Assembly (NCBI GenBank): GCA_023388175.1
Contig: JAEWGT010000015.1
Coordinates: forward strand, 40,485-104,484
DNA: 64,000 nt
From: Pseudomonadota bacterium
GTDB lineage: Bacteria; Pseudomonadota; Alphaproteobacteria; Rhizobiales; Devosiaceae
Direction of reading: 5' to 3'
Shown here: positions 10,195 through 20,069 of the stretch, piece after piece
How the letters are laid out: every line of letters begins with the position of its first letter
How positions within the stretch are numbered: the stretch's first letter is position 1
Notes under the pieces: generated by a model
Databases searched by the model: none
The model's input: only the letters and a program-made list of their open reading frames with translations
Told to the model about the DNA's origin: nothing
Position numbers and translations under genes: made by a program

Positions 10195-11474
10195 ACCAGC
10201 ATCTCATCTCGTGACGCGGTGCGTCGCCGGTCTTTCCCGATGGCGCTCGACAGTCCCCAGACCAGCCCGATCAGCAGGTAAACATGTCGCCAGTGGTCGG
10301 TATCGATCAGGATGGATTCTGCCATGACGATGACGAAGGTGGACGCGACCGGTATGGCCATCAGCCTGTAGGGGGAAGGGCGTATGACGATCTGGACGCA
10401 CTTCCAGATGGTCACGCCGACCAGCAGGTAGAAAAGCAGCCCTCCGCCCCAACCATAGACGTGCAGCACCGAAACATAGACGTTGTGCGGCTCTTCGATG
10501 ATGCGAAGGTTGCGGAACTCGCCTGGCCCCAGCCCCCATGGATTTTCGAGCGCCAGCTCGTAAGCATATCCCTGCCGGCCAAAGCGTCCGGTTTCACCGC
10601 TGTCATAGTTCTGCGAGCTGGCGCGCGCTTCAAACAGATTGGCGACCGCCGGAATGGACAGAAGTCCTGCAAGCGCGATGATCAGCATGAATGCGCCAGC
10701 CAGCGACATCAGGATGATCCGCACCTTGTCTCGTGCATTGGATTCCAGCAGGAAAACCAGAACGAGCACAAGCAGCGAGGATATGGCGAAATGGCCCCAT
10801 GCTGCGCGCGAAAAGCTCACGAACACGCCGATGAACAGCACCATGTAGATGCCGCCGGATAAGATGACCTGCCGCCAGTTCTGCGCCAGCAGGACCCGCT
10901 GCAGGGCGAACATGGCCGGCAGGACCAGAAATGGGCCATAGACGTTGGGATCCTTGAAAGTGGCTTTGGCCCGGCCATAGCGCAGGAACATATCCGCGCC
11001 CGGCATCAGGCCAAGATAGGCCAGCGTGCCGATCAGTGCGGCAATCACCGCCGCCACCGTATAGGCGCCGACGATGAGCCGCATGCGCTTTGAGGTGGCG
11101 TCGGCGATGTAATTTGCCGCGAAATACGAGGTCAGCATCAGGAAAATGGTGACCAGCGAGAAAATCAACGCCGTGCTGATTTGCGAGAACCGGACCTGAA
11201 AGACGGCAATCAGCGCGAAAGGCGTGAACAGGATCATGATGGCCAGAAGGCCCAGCGTCGAACGGTAGAGGCCCACGCCGGCAAAGACAGCGAGCGGCAA
11301 CACCATGAGAAAGGTCAGTTCATAGGGGGAGGGCTCAAACAGCACGATGCTGCCGGAAAAGATCCAGAGCGCGACCATGAGGTCGAGAGCACGGGCGGCA
11401 TGACGGCGCAGAAATGTCAGGCCGGGCCGTTCGGCCCCGACCAGTCCGGCATCAAAGGCGCCGATGCTGCTCAA
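10191..11474 (-). CDS. O-antigen ligase / Wzy-like polytopic membrane protein (UppF-like position)
   Basis: Many TM helices, RAKATFKDPNVYGPF, SFSRAAW, EPHNVY; located in a polysaccharide cluster. Confidence 0.8.
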   Translation of the reverse strand: MSSIGAFDAGLVGAERPGLTFLRRHAARALDLMVALWIFSGSIVLFEPSPYELTFLMVLPLAVFAGVGLYRSTLGLLAIMILFTPFALIAVFQVRFSQISTALIFSLVTIFLMLTSYFAANYIADATSKRMRLIVGAYTVAAVIAALIGTLAYLGLMPGADMFLRYGRAKATFKDPNVYGPFLVLPAMFALQRVLLAQNWRQVILSGGIYMVLFIGVFVSFSRAAWGHFAISSLLVLVLVFLLESNARDKVRIILMSLAGAFMLIIALAGLLSIPAVANLFEARASSQNYDSGETGRFGRQGYAYELALENPWGLGPGEFRNLRIIEEPHNVYVSVLHVYGWGGGLLFYLLVGVTIWKCVQIVIRPSPYRLMAIPVASTFVIVMAESILIDTDHWRHVYLLIGLVWGLSSAIGKDRRRTASRDEMLV

Positions 11475-12985
11475 TAGGCATTCTCATTCTTGGAAACCAG
11501 CGACACCGGCGTCATCACGAGGATGTAGAGATCGAACAGGATCGACCAGTGCTCGATGTAGTAAAGGTCGTGGTTCACCCTCTGCATGATCTTGTCGATC
11601 GTGTCGGTCTCGCCGCGCCAGCCGTTGATCTGTGCCCATCCCGTTATGCCCGGCTTGACGCGGTGCCGGGCAAAATAGCCTTCTACCGCCTCGTAATAGA
11701 GCTGGTTCTCGGCCTTGGCTTGCGGGGCGTGGGGACGCGGCCCGACAATGGACAGCTCGCCCTTGAGCACATTGAGCAATTGCGGCAATTCGTCGATGGA
11801 GGTCCTGCGGATGATCTTGCCGACGCGGGTAACGCGCGGGTCATCCCTGGTCACCAGCCTGGATGCAGAGGCGTCGAGCATATCCGTCCGCATGGAGCGG
11901 AACTTGTAGATGCGAATGGTCTCATTGTTGAAACCGTGCCGGTTCTGCACGAAAAATACCGGCCCACGGCTTTCCAGCTTGATGGCAATGGCCGTGACCA
12001 GCATCACGGGGGACAGCAGGATCAGGGCGGCGATGGCCACCAGCTTGTCGAACACCCACTTGAACACCAGGTTCCAGTCCGAAATCGGGCGGTCCGCCAT
12101 GTCGAGCACGGGAACGTCCCCGACATAGGAATAGGCCTTGTCGGTGAATTTCAGCTTGCTCATATGCGCCGAGAGACGAATATCCACCGGCAGAACCCAC
12201 AACTGGGTAAGCATATCAAGCACGCGTTTCTCGGCGGAAAGCGGCATGGAGACAATGACCAGATCGATTGGCGTCCGGCGGGCAAATTCGACCAGATCAG
12301 AAATCATGCCGAGCTTGTGATAGCCGGAAACCACGTCTGGCGAGCGTTCTCCGACGCGGTCATCGAACAGGCCCAGAAGGTTGATATCCTTGTCCGCACC
12401 GGCCTGGATCTGCTCGATCAGCAAGGCCGCATCCGCGCCGCCGCCGACAATGACGGTGCGTCTCTTGAGGCGCCCTTCATCGGTCCAGCGCTGCACCAGC
12501 GCCCGCAGCATTCCGCGATAGATGACGAGCACCACTGCACCCGTCACGAACCATGACAGCAGCCAGACCCGGGAGACCATGTCGCCGGCCTTGAAGAAGA
12601 ACAGGCCCGCAGTGAGAATGATCATCACCGCAGACCACGCGCCGATGACCCTGCCGACCTGCGACAGGCTGGTGCGATAGGCCGCGATACGATGCGCCCG
12701 CACAGCATTGAACACGATATTGGCAACCAGCACCGCCGCCAGGATCACGGGAATGTAGAAGACGTCCTGTCCCGGCCCCACATAGATTGCGTGAATGCCG
12801 TAGCCCAGTGCGGCGAGCAGTGCCGCTTCTATGATTTGCGCCACGCCCGAAATGACCGCGCCGGAAAGGGTGCGATCCACCGGCGCCGCGATGATGGTCT
12901 CGGCCATCGGCGAAAGATGTCGCTGACCGGAAGCCGGCTTTGCGGCGTGGTCTTCAATGGCCTTTTGGGGGTCTACGCGAAACAT
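11471..12985 (-). CDS. Undecaprenyl-phosphate hexose phosphotransferase (WcaJ/UppE-like)
   Basis: KWVFDK, IYKFRSM, DDPRVTRVG, SIDELPQLLNVLKGELSIVGPRP, VKPGITGWAQ. Confidence 0.95.
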   Translation of the reverse strand: MFRVDPQKAIEDHAAKPASGQRHLSPMAETIIAAPVDRTLSGAVISGVAQIIEAALLAALGYGIHAIYVGPGQDVFYIPVILAAVLVANIVFNAVRAHRIAAYRTSLSQVGRVIGAWSAVMIILTAGLFFFKAGDMVSRVWLLSWFVTGAVVLVIYRGMLRALVQRWTDEGRLKRRTVIVGGGADAALLIEQIQAGADKDINLLGLFDDRVGERSPDVVSGYHKLGMISDLVEFARRTPIDLVIVSMPLSAEKRVLDMLTQLWVLPVDIRLSAHMSKLKFTDKAYSYVGDVPVLDMADRPISDWNLVFKWVFDKLVAIAALILLSPVMLVTAIAIKLESRGPVFFVQNRHGFNNETIRIYKFRSMRTDMLDASASRLVTRDDPRVTRVGKIIRRTSIDELPQLLNVLKGELSIVGPRPHAPQAKAENQLYYEAVEGYFARHRVKPGITGWAQINGWRGETDTIDKIMQRVNHDLYYIEHWSILFDLYILVMTPVSLVSKNENAY

Positions 12986-13064
12986 GATGACTTACCGGCA
13001 CACTACCTTTTGCAGGCAGCTTAGGCCGGAGGCGTTTATACTCGGTGAAGCGAGCGCCTGGATT

Positions 13065-14171
13065 CTATCGCGCCGCCCGATAGAGGCGTTCGATCGAAAT
13101 AGTCATGCGCTGCACCGAAAAGTTCTCGGTGATGTGCTGGAGCCTCTGCTTCATCTCCTCGTCAGCCTTGGCAGGACTATCGAGGAAGGCCTGCATGGCA
13201 GAAGCGAGGGCAAGCGGATCGTCGGCCGGGACAAGCCTGTCGGATGTGGGTCCGAAAATTTCGGATATGCCGCCAACCCGTGTCGAAATGACCGGCAATT
13301 GTGCAGCAGCAGCCTCCAGGACCACATAGGGAAGGGACTCGGCCAGCGAGGGCGCGATAGCGCATCGGCCCATTGCGAATACCTGCCGCGCTGGCCGGGA
13401 GCCGACCAGTTGCACGCGGTCCTTGAGGCCAAGCGTATCGATGCGCCTTTCAAGCTCTGGTCGTTCGGCGCCATCCCCGGCCATAACCAATGTCGCGCCG
13501 GGCAGGCGCGCGAGGGCCTCGACCAGCGGGAAAATGCCCTTGAGCGTCCGCAATTCGCCGACAAAGACGAAATCGGCAGCGTCAGGGCCGGATTGCACCG
13601 GAACGAATTCCTCCGGGCGCAGGCCGTTGTGGATGATTTCGGCCGGGCAGGTGGGAGCGCCGATCAGTGCCGAATAAGTGTTTTGGGCATAGGCGCTTTC
13701 AAAGATGATGGCAGAGGTCTTTGCCATAAGCAGCCGCTCGATGCGGTGGAACAAGCGGCCCGAGCGCGAATTGACCGGATAGTGCAGCACGCCGCCATGT
13801 GGCGTGTAGAAGCCCTTGGCGCGGGTTCTGCCGTAAAGCGCCAGCCGCGCATAGAAACCGCCCTTGGCGCCATGGCCGTGGAGGATGTCGACATCCAGTC
13901 GCCGCGCCAGCCCTGCCACTGCGAATGGGGTGGTCAGGTCACCCTTGCCGAACAGGCGTGGCATGTCGAAACGGTGAATGCCAAGCGTTGCGTGTTCGCT
14001 CAACTCGGCCAGCAGCGTTTCGGTCTGGGAGTCGTTGGCAAGGCTATCGACAACAAGGCCGATGCTGTGTCCGCCCGCCGCCAGTTCACGCGTCAGGTCG
14101 GCGACATGCCTGAACAGGCCGCCTACTGGCGCCCGCATGACCTGGAGGATGCGAAGGGGGCGTGAATGCAC
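13065..14171 (-). CDS. Glycosyltransferase family 4 (UppD-like)
   Basis: RAPVGGLFRHV, HGHGAKGG, FVGELRTLKG, ESLPYVVLEA (EX7E). Confidence 0.92.
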   Translation of the reverse strand: MHSRPLRILQVMRAPVGGLFRHVADLTRELAAGGHSIGLVVDSLANDSQTETLLAELSEHATLGIHRFDMPRLFGKGDLTTPFAVAGLARRLDVDILHGHGAKGGFYARLALYGRTRAKGFYTPHGGVLHYPVNSRSGRLFHRIERLLMAKTSAIIFESAYAQNTYSALIGAPTCPAEIIHNGLRPEEFVPVQSGPDAADFVFVGELRTLKGIFPLVEALARLPGATLVMAGDGAERPELERRIDTLGLKDRVQLVGSRPARQVFAMGRCAIAPSLAESLPYVVLEAAAAQLPVISTRVGGISEIFGPTSDRLVPADDPLALASAMQAFLDSPAKADEEMKQRLQHITENFSVQRMTISIERLYRAAR

Positions 14172-14174
14172 GGA

Positions 14175-14726
14175 CTAGAACCAGCGTTCGGAGATAACGA
14201 TCGTGTCGCCTGGATAGATCGGGAAATCAAGATCGACAACGCCCTTGACCATCTGGTTGGCCTGCTGGCGATAGACCACAGCACGGTCGCGGTCCGCCGT
14301 CTCGGTGAACCCGCCTGCGGTGCTGATCGCGGCGCGAATGCTCATGCCATAGACATAGGGGAATTGCCCTGCCGTCCGGACTTCACCCTGGATGAAGAAG
14401 GGCCTGTACTGCTCGATCTCGACCGCAACATCGGGGTTGCGCATATAGCCATTGGCCAGAGCCCGTGCCAGGCGTTTGCCGGCATCCCCTGTCGTGCTGC
14501 CGCGCACCGGCACCGCGCCGACCAGTGGAAAGGCGATGGCGCCGCCATCATCGACACGATAGCTCTTGCTTAGTTCCGCATCGCCATAGACGGTTACCCG
14601 CACCACATCACCCGTATCGAGCTGATAGGGCCCCTTGGTTTCCACCAGGTAGGTTGCGGTCTTGTTGGTGGCGCAGCCGCTGATAACCAGCGTCAGGGCC
14701 AAAGCGAAAACAGAGAGCCAGCGCAT
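14175..14726 (-). CDS. Polysaccharide export lipoprotein, Wza/UppC-like
   Basis: Lipobox ISGC, YQLDTGDVVRVTVYG Poly_export motif, SLBB-like AISTAGGF, IYPGDTIVI. Confidence 0.93.
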   Translation of the reverse strand: MRWLSVFALALTLVISGCATNKTATYLVETKGPYQLDTGDVVRVTVYGDAELSKSYRVDDGGAIAFPLVGAVPVRGSTTGDAGKRLARALANGYMRNPDVAVEIEQYRPFFIQGEVRTAGQFPYVYGMSIRAAISTAGGFTETADRDRAVVYRQQANQMVKGVVDLDFPIYPGDTIVISERWF

Positions 14727-14741
14727 AATAATCCCGCGCGT

Positions 14742-14757
14742 TTGAGTTGACCTTAAC
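14742..14757. promoter_or_regulatory. CtrA-like binding site
   Basis: TTGA-GTTGACC-TTAAC, one mismatch to TTAA-N7-TTAAC. Confidence 0.55.
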
Positions 14758-14821
14758 CTGACCGGCTATAGTTAAGATTGTCCTTATGCTGCATGGGTGT
14801 AGATGCGGATTGGGAGCTGGG

Positions 14822-14837
14822 TTAACCGAATTTTGAC
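14822..14837. promoter_or_regulatory. CtrA-like binding site
   Basis: TTAA-CCGAATT-TTGAC, one mismatch to TTAA-N7-TTAAC. Confidence 0.55.
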
Positions 14838-14878
14838 CACACATGGCGTTATCTCGGTTCGATTTTCGAGGAATAGCC

Positions 14879-17227
14879 ATGTCATTCGATTCTTCAGCAC
14901 ACGAGGACGCGCGGATCGACATTGCCGCATTGCTGGCGGCGATTGTCCGGCGGCTGCCGCGCATTCTGCTGGTGACGCTGGCTCTGCTCGTTGCTGGTTT
15001 CGTTGTGCTGATGTTTCAGCCGCGGCTTTATGAGTCTGCTGCCGCAATTCTGGTCGAGCCTCGCGCCTCGGTCTATCTGCGTGCCTCTGGGGAGCAGGCG
15101 CCGAGTGTGCCTGCCGGAACCGCAGGTGTTGTTTCCAGCCAGATCGAGCTGTTGAAGTCGCGCGATACATTGCTCAAGGTGATCGATCAGCTCGATTTGC
15201 GCTCGGTTCCCGAGTTCAATGGCGGCAGCGCTGGATTTTCGCCGCTGGGCATGATTACGCAGCTGATCGGGCGGCGGGCGGCGACGCCCAACAGCATCGA
15301 TGAGACGGTGCTCACCACGCTCTATGATCGTCTTACCGTGGTGCAGGAGCGGGATTCGGCGATAATTTCCGTGCTCGTGCGCTCTACCGACCCGCAATTG
15401 GCTGCCGATATTGCCAATGCGGTGGCGAGCGCCCATGTGGCGCGGCGCGCCGACCTGTCCATATCCGACACGGCCGAAGCGTCCGGCTGGCTGCTGGATG
15501 AAATCAACCGCCTGCGCGTCTCGGTGCAGGAGGCAGAATCCGCGGTCGCCGATTTCAGGGTCACCAATGACCTTTTTACCGGTCAGAACAATACGAGCCT
15601 GCTCGACCAGCAATTGTCCACGGTGGCTGGACAGATCACCACCGCTCAGGAGCGGAAAAATACGGCCTTGTCGCGCGCGTCGCTCATTCGCGGCCTGATC
15701 GAGCGCGGTCAGCCTATCGAGGGCGTGGCCGATGTGCGCAATTCGCTGGTCATCCAGCAATTGAGCCAGGAAAAGGCGCGGCTCCAGGGCGAACTGGCGC
15801 AGCGGTCGGCGACGCTGCTGTCCAGTCATCCCACCATACGCGCCCTCAATGCGCAGGTCGCCGAGCTGGACAATCAGATCCGCCAGGAGGGCCGCCGGGT
15901 TGCGGCTGCCCTTGAAGCAGAGGCGCAGATCGAAGCCGACCTTGAACTGTCCTTGCAGGCCGATCTTGACCGCGCCAAGGCCAGTGCATCCACCGCAACG
16001 CGGGATACGGTCACGCTGGACGGTCTCCAGCGCGAGGCCAAGGCGCAGCGCGATCTGCTCGAGGCCTATCTGCTGCGCTATAATGAAGCCTCGTCCCGCG
16101 TCGATGCCAATTCGGCCCTGCCGGATGTGCGCGTGGTCTCCGTCGCAGCGCCGTCAGTTTCCCCTGCATCCCCCAAGACCTCGCTGATCATGATGGCCAT
16201 CGGCATCGTCTCTATCGCGGTACAGGTTGGCGGCATCGCATTTGCCGAACTGATGTCGGGCAGGGCGCTTGTCCCGATTGCCCGCGTGCCTGCAGCGCGC
16301 CCTCAAGATGAACTGGATAGTGCGCCGTTCGATATCGAGGAGCACGAGCCGGAAACGGTGGCACTTGATGAGTCTGTTCCTGTCGCCGAGGTGGCGCCCG
16401 TCGTCGTAGATGACGTCTTGCCTGACGCAGACGAGAGCTTTGACTTGCCAGCGGAAGGCGAGGCAGCGGAGGTGCAGGCAGCTCCGGAACCAGAGCCCGT
16501 AAAGACCTCGGACGTTACCAGCGCCTTCATCCGGTCGCTGCTTGAAGATACGCCGATCTCCCGCATGGACGAACAGGCGCTTGCCGATGAAATCGAGCAC
16601 GATGCCGACGTGGCTTCCCTGCCGGGTGACGCGCTTCGGGTGCCGGAGGAAGAAACGGAGATCATTCCGGCCCGCCGCGCCCGTCTGCTGCGCTATTCCG
16701 ATCTCGTGTCGGATCTGGTTCTGGGGCGCACGCATCTGCTGCTGCTGGCCGATCATGGCGAAAGCCAGCCAAGCCGCTTCATGGCCGAGGAACTGGTTGC
16801 TGATGCCCTCGCCAAGGGCCTGAGCGTTGCCCTCATCGACGCGGGAACCGGGCGCAGGACCGACAATGTTGGAATTACCGAACTGAGCGCCGGCGCGGCC
16901 AGCTTTGGCGATGTGGTGCAGAAATCGGCGGATAACAGCTTTGCGGAAGTCACCTGGGGGCAGGGCGAATCCATTGTCCGCAGTTCCAACCGGCCCCTGG
17001 TGCTGGCAGAAGCCCTTGGCGATATTTACGAAGTCGTTGTCGTGCTGACCGGCCGGGCGGATCGCAAATCCATGCTTGGCAGCTTCTCCGAACTGGGTGG
17101 CCGCATCATTCTGGTGACCAGCGACGAAGATGACGCCGATATGGCCGAAGCCACACGCAGGCGTCTGGAGGAAGCGGGCCTGCCGAGGGTCGAGATTGCG
17201 GCCCTGGCTGAGCCGGTTGCTGCCTGA
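14879..17227 (+). CDS. GumC/Wzc-family polysaccharide co-polymerase (UppB-like) with a degenerate kinase domain
   Basis: N-terminal TM, SQIELLKS, coiled coils, VVSVAAPSVSPASPK followed by a second TM; ATG at 14879 with GAGGA RBS. Confidence 0.88.
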   Translation: MSFDSSAHEDARIDIAALLAAIVRRLPRILLVTLALLVAGFVVLMFQPRLYESAAAILVEPRASVYLRASGEQAPSVPAGTAGVVSSQIELLKSRDTLLKVIDQLDLRSVPEFNGGSAGFSPLGMITQLIGRRAATPNSIDETVLTTLYDRLTVVQERDSAIISVLVRSTDPQLAADIANAVASAHVARRADLSISDTAEASGWLLDEINRLRVSVQEAESAVADFRVTNDLFTGQNNTSLLDQQLSTVAGQITTAQERKNTALSRASLIRGLIERGQPIEGVADVRNSLVIQQLSQEKARLQGELAQRSATLLSSHPTIRALNAQVAELDNQIRQEGRRVAAALEAEAQIEADLELSLQADLDRAKASASTATRDTVTLDGLQREAKAQRDLLEAYLLRYNEASSRVDANSALPDVRVVSVAAPSVSPASPKTSLIMMAIGIVSIAVQVGGIAFAELMSGRALVPIARVPAARPQDELDSAPFDIEEHEPETVALDESVPVAEVAPVVVDDVLPDADESFDLPAEGEAAEVQAAPEPEPVKTSDVTSAFIRSLLEDTPISRMDEQALADEIEHDADVASLPGDALRVPEEETEIIPARRARLLRYSDLVSDLVLGRTHLLLLADHGESQPSRFMAEELVADALAKGLSVALIDAGTGRRTDNVGITELSAGAASFGDVVQKSADNSFAEVTWGQGESIVRSSNRPLVLAEALGDIYEVVVVLTGRADRKSMLGSFSELGGRIILVTSDEDDADMAEATRRRLEEAGLPRVEIAALAEPVAA

Positions 17228-18267
17228 TGTCGCTGAAATATACCGCCATCCGCGCCGCCTTCGAATTGCTTTGGCTGTCGCGGATGCCGGCGCTGTTCAA
17301 CCTGCTGTCGCAGTCGCGCGGGGTGATATTTACCCTGCATCGTGTTCTGCCGGACGAACCAGCCGATTTCTCGCCCAATGCCATTCTTCAGGTCACGCCG
17401 GATTTTCTCGGCTACGTCATCGAGCGGGTGCGCGAAACGGGTGCGGATATCGTTACGCTTGACGAGGCCGTTGAACGCCTTGCCGCGCCCGCAAAAGGCC
17501 GTCCCTTTGTGGTCCTGACCTTTGATGACGCCTATCGGGATAATCTGGTGCATGCCCTGCCCGTTCTGCAAGGGCAGGACGCGCCATTCACACTCTATGT
17601 GCCCACGGCATTCGTGGACGGTGTCGGTCAGCTCTGGTGGCAGGCCGTGGAAGACATCATCGCGCGGCAGGATGCCGTGGCTTTCACCGAAAATGGTGAA
17701 ACCGAATATGTGGATACCAGAACGGTCGCGGAGAAGAATGAGGCATTCAACCGGCTCTACTGGCGCCTACGCAAGCTGCCGGAGCCGGAGCGCCTGCAAC
17801 TGCTGGCCGAGTTCACCACCAATTACGGCTATGACCTCGACCGGCAGTGCCGCGATCTGATCATGGACTGGCAGCAGTTGCGCCTGTTTGCCGGCGATCC
17901 GCTCTGCACCCTTGGCGCCCACACCGTGCATCACTACGAACTCGCCAAGCTGCCGACCGAGCAGGCGCGCAACGAAATGATCCAGTCCGTCGACGTGATC
18001 GAAGCCCAGTTCGGGATTCGCCCGGCGCATTTTTCCTATCCGCTGGGCGGGCCGCTGTCCTGCGGTCCGCGCGAATTCGAGCTGGCGCGCGAGCTGGGCT
18101 TTCGCACCGCCGTTACCACAAGGCCGGGTGGGCTATATCCGCGCCATCTGCAAAATCTCACGGCTTTGCCGCGGATTTCACTCAATGGCTATTTTCAGCA
18201 GCGCCGTTATGTCGATGTGTTCGCCAGTGGTGGGCTTTTTACCCAGTTGGGCCGGGTGATGAAGTAG
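17227..18267 (+). CDS. Polysaccharide deacetylase (CE4/NodB-like)
   Basis: VLTFDDAYRD, LGAHTVHH, FSYPLG; TGATG translational coupling to the upstream gene. Confidence 0.92.
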   Translation: MSLKYTAIRAAFELLWLSRMPALFNLLSQSRGVIFTLHRVLPDEPADFSPNAILQVTPDFLGYVIERVRETGADIVTLDEAVERLAAPAKGRPFVVLTFDDAYRDNLVHALPVLQGQDAPFTLYVPTAFVDGVGQLWWQAVEDIIARQDAVAFTENGETEYVDTRTVAEKNEAFNRLYWRLRKLPEPERLQLLAEFTTNYGYDLDRQCRDLIMDWQQLRLFAGDPLCTLGAHTVHHYELAKLPTEQARNEMIQSVDVIEAQFGIRPAHFSYPLGGPLSCGPREFELARELGFRTAVTTRPGGLYPRHLQNLTALPRISLNGYFQQRRYVDVFASGGLFTQLGRVMK

Positions 18268-18275
18268 CGGCCTGC

Positions 18276-18575
18276 TTAGAGCAGCTTGCCCGTCATCAAT
18301 CCGGTCAGCGCGAATATGGCATAGATCGCGCCACCTATTGCCGCCAGCGGAACCGCCCAGGCAGCGGGCAGGGGAGTCAATTGGGACATTGCCAATGCCG
18401 CCGTCGCAAGAAACAGCCAGCACAGGGTGTGAAACCAGCGCAGGATGAACCCGGCGATGCCGGAAGCGCCATTGCTCGTGTCGATGACGATATAGATGAC
18501 GGCGACAACCAGCGCCGCCAGCGTCACCACCGACCATGGTATGCCCCAGACCTTGTGGTCGAACAGCCTATCCAT
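18276..18575 (-). CDS. Small three-TM membrane protein, unknown function
   Basis: 99-aa hydrophobic ORF overlapping the upstream DUF2842-like gene. Confidence 0.7.
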   Translation of the reverse strand: MDRLFDHKVWGIPWSVVTLAALVVAVIYIVIDTSNGASGIAGFILRWFHTLCWLFLATAALAMSQLTPLPAAWAVPLAAIGGAIYAIFALTGLMTGKLL

Positions 18576-18789
18576 TCGGTTTTGCCTCTTCCGGCCGCGC
18601 CATCCAACTGATGATGAACATGGATGGCAGTAGCCAGCCCATGCCGGCGATGATGAAATAGAGGATCAGCACCAAGCCGGGCAGTCCCTCCGGAAGCGCA
18701 AGATAGACGGCGGTCGCCAGCACCGACCATATAATGATCGAGATGGGCAGCAGGATTGCGCCGATCAGTTTGCGATTTCGCTGGGTCAT
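18568..18789 (-). CDS. DUF2842-like small membrane protein
   Basis: MTQRNRKLIG...YFIIAGMGWLLPSMFIISWMARP; this type of gene usually lies divergent from ctaA in Rhizobiales. Confidence 0.8.
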   Translation of the reverse strand: MTQRNRKLIGAILLPISIIIWSVLATAVYLALPEGLPGLVLILYFIIAGMGWLLPSMFIISWMARPEEAKPNG

Positions 18790-18868
18790 GTGCGGCATCT
18801 GGTCTGTTGCTCTATGGATAGGGGCGGCTTACCACTCCGCCAGCCCCACTGATACTGGAAATGATGTC

Positions 18869-19930
18869 GTGACCTCAATGCAAGATGCCGCACCGGGCCA
18901 AGTCAGCTTCACCAGTGACCGTCTTCGTCCGGTCCGCATCTGGCTGTACTGCCTCGCCGCTTTTGTCCTGCTTATCGTTGTTGTTGGCGGTATCACGCGT
19001 CTCACCGAATCCGGTCTCTCGATCACATCGTGGAAGCCGATCTCCGGGGTCATTCCGCCACTCAACGATGCCGAGTGGCAGGCTGAGTTCGAAGCCTATC
19101 AGCAGATCCCGCAATACTCGGTCGTCAATTCCTGGATGGAGCTGGACGACTTCAAATATATCTTCTTCTGGGAATGGTTTCACCGCCTGCTGGCAAGGGC
19201 GCTGGGGCTGGTTTTCCTCATTCCCTTTGCCGTTTTCCTGTTTCAGAAGCGTCTGTCGCGGGAACTGGCCCTGCCGCTTTTCGGTCTGTTTATCCTTGGC
19301 GGCTTTCAGGGTGCGCTTGGCTGGTGGATGGTCACATCCGGCCTTACCGAACTGACTTCGGTTTCCCAATACCGCCTCGCGGCTCACCTTACCGCAGCCT
19401 GCTTCCTGTTCATCGCCCTGATTTACGTAGCGCGTTCACTGACGCCGGGGCGAGCGCTCGGACATGTGACACCGTTCCATCTGGTCAACGGCGGGATATT
19501 CCTCGTGGGCGTCATCCTCCAGATCGGGGCAGGGGCCTTTGTGGCTGGCCTTGATGCTGGAATGGGCTATCAGACCTGGCCGCTCATGGACGGCGCCATC
19601 ATCCCCAATGGCCTGTTTGTCATGGATCCCGCCTGGCGCAATCTGTTCGAGAATGCGCTGACGGTGCAGTTCATCCACCGCGGCATTGCCTATCTGCTGG
19701 TGGCCTATACTGGCTGGCTCATCTGGCGGCGCTACAAGGACGGGGGCTTTGCCGGAGTTCATGGTTGGTTGCCGCGCATCGGGATAATCGTCCTCATTCA
19801 GGTCGCGCTCGGCATTGCGACGCTTTTGGCCAGCGTGCCCATTTCGCTGGCCGTTGGCCACCAAGCCCTCGCTTTCATGCTGGCAGGCCTGGCAGCGGGC
19901 TATATTGCCGACATGCGTCGAGTGCGGTAA
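18869..19930 (+). CDS. ctaA: Heme A synthase (COX15/CtaA)
   Basis: VVGGITRLTESGLSITSWKP, WEWFHRLL, QGALGWWMV, VSQYRLAAHL, QFIHR; start GTG 18869 or ATG 18878. Confidence 0.95.
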   Translation: MTSMQDAAPGQVSFTSDRLRPVRIWLYCLAAFVLLIVVVGGITRLTESGLSITSWKPISGVIPPLNDAEWQAEFEAYQQIPQYSVVNSWMELDDFKYIFFWEWFHRLLARALGLVFLIPFAVFLFQKRLSRELALPLFGLFILGGFQGALGWWMVTSGLTELTSVSQYRLAAHLTAACFLFIALIYVARSLTPGRALGHVTPFHLVNGGIFLVGVILQIGAGAFVAGLDAGMGYQTWPLMDGAIIPNGLFVMDPAWRNLFENALTVQFIHRGIAYLLVAYTGWLIWRRYKDGGFAGVHGWLPRIGIIVLIQVALGIATLLASVPISLAVGHQALAFMLAGLAAGYIADMRRVR

Positions 19931-19981
19931 TATAATACCGCAAATCTAGTGCGTTGAAATTGCAGCGCTTTTTAAAGGCGC

Positions 19982-20010
19982 TTGACGCAATGCGGAATCT
20001 CCCCTAGAGA
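19982..20010 (+). promoter_or_regulatory. Putative sigma70 promoter of rplM-rpsI
   Basis: TTGACG-N17-TAGAGA. Confidence 0.65.
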
Positions 20011-20069
20011 CGCCGCCGAACTGGCCGCTCCATGCGTGGGGCGGCTGCTTGAATTTAGGGAACTTCGAT

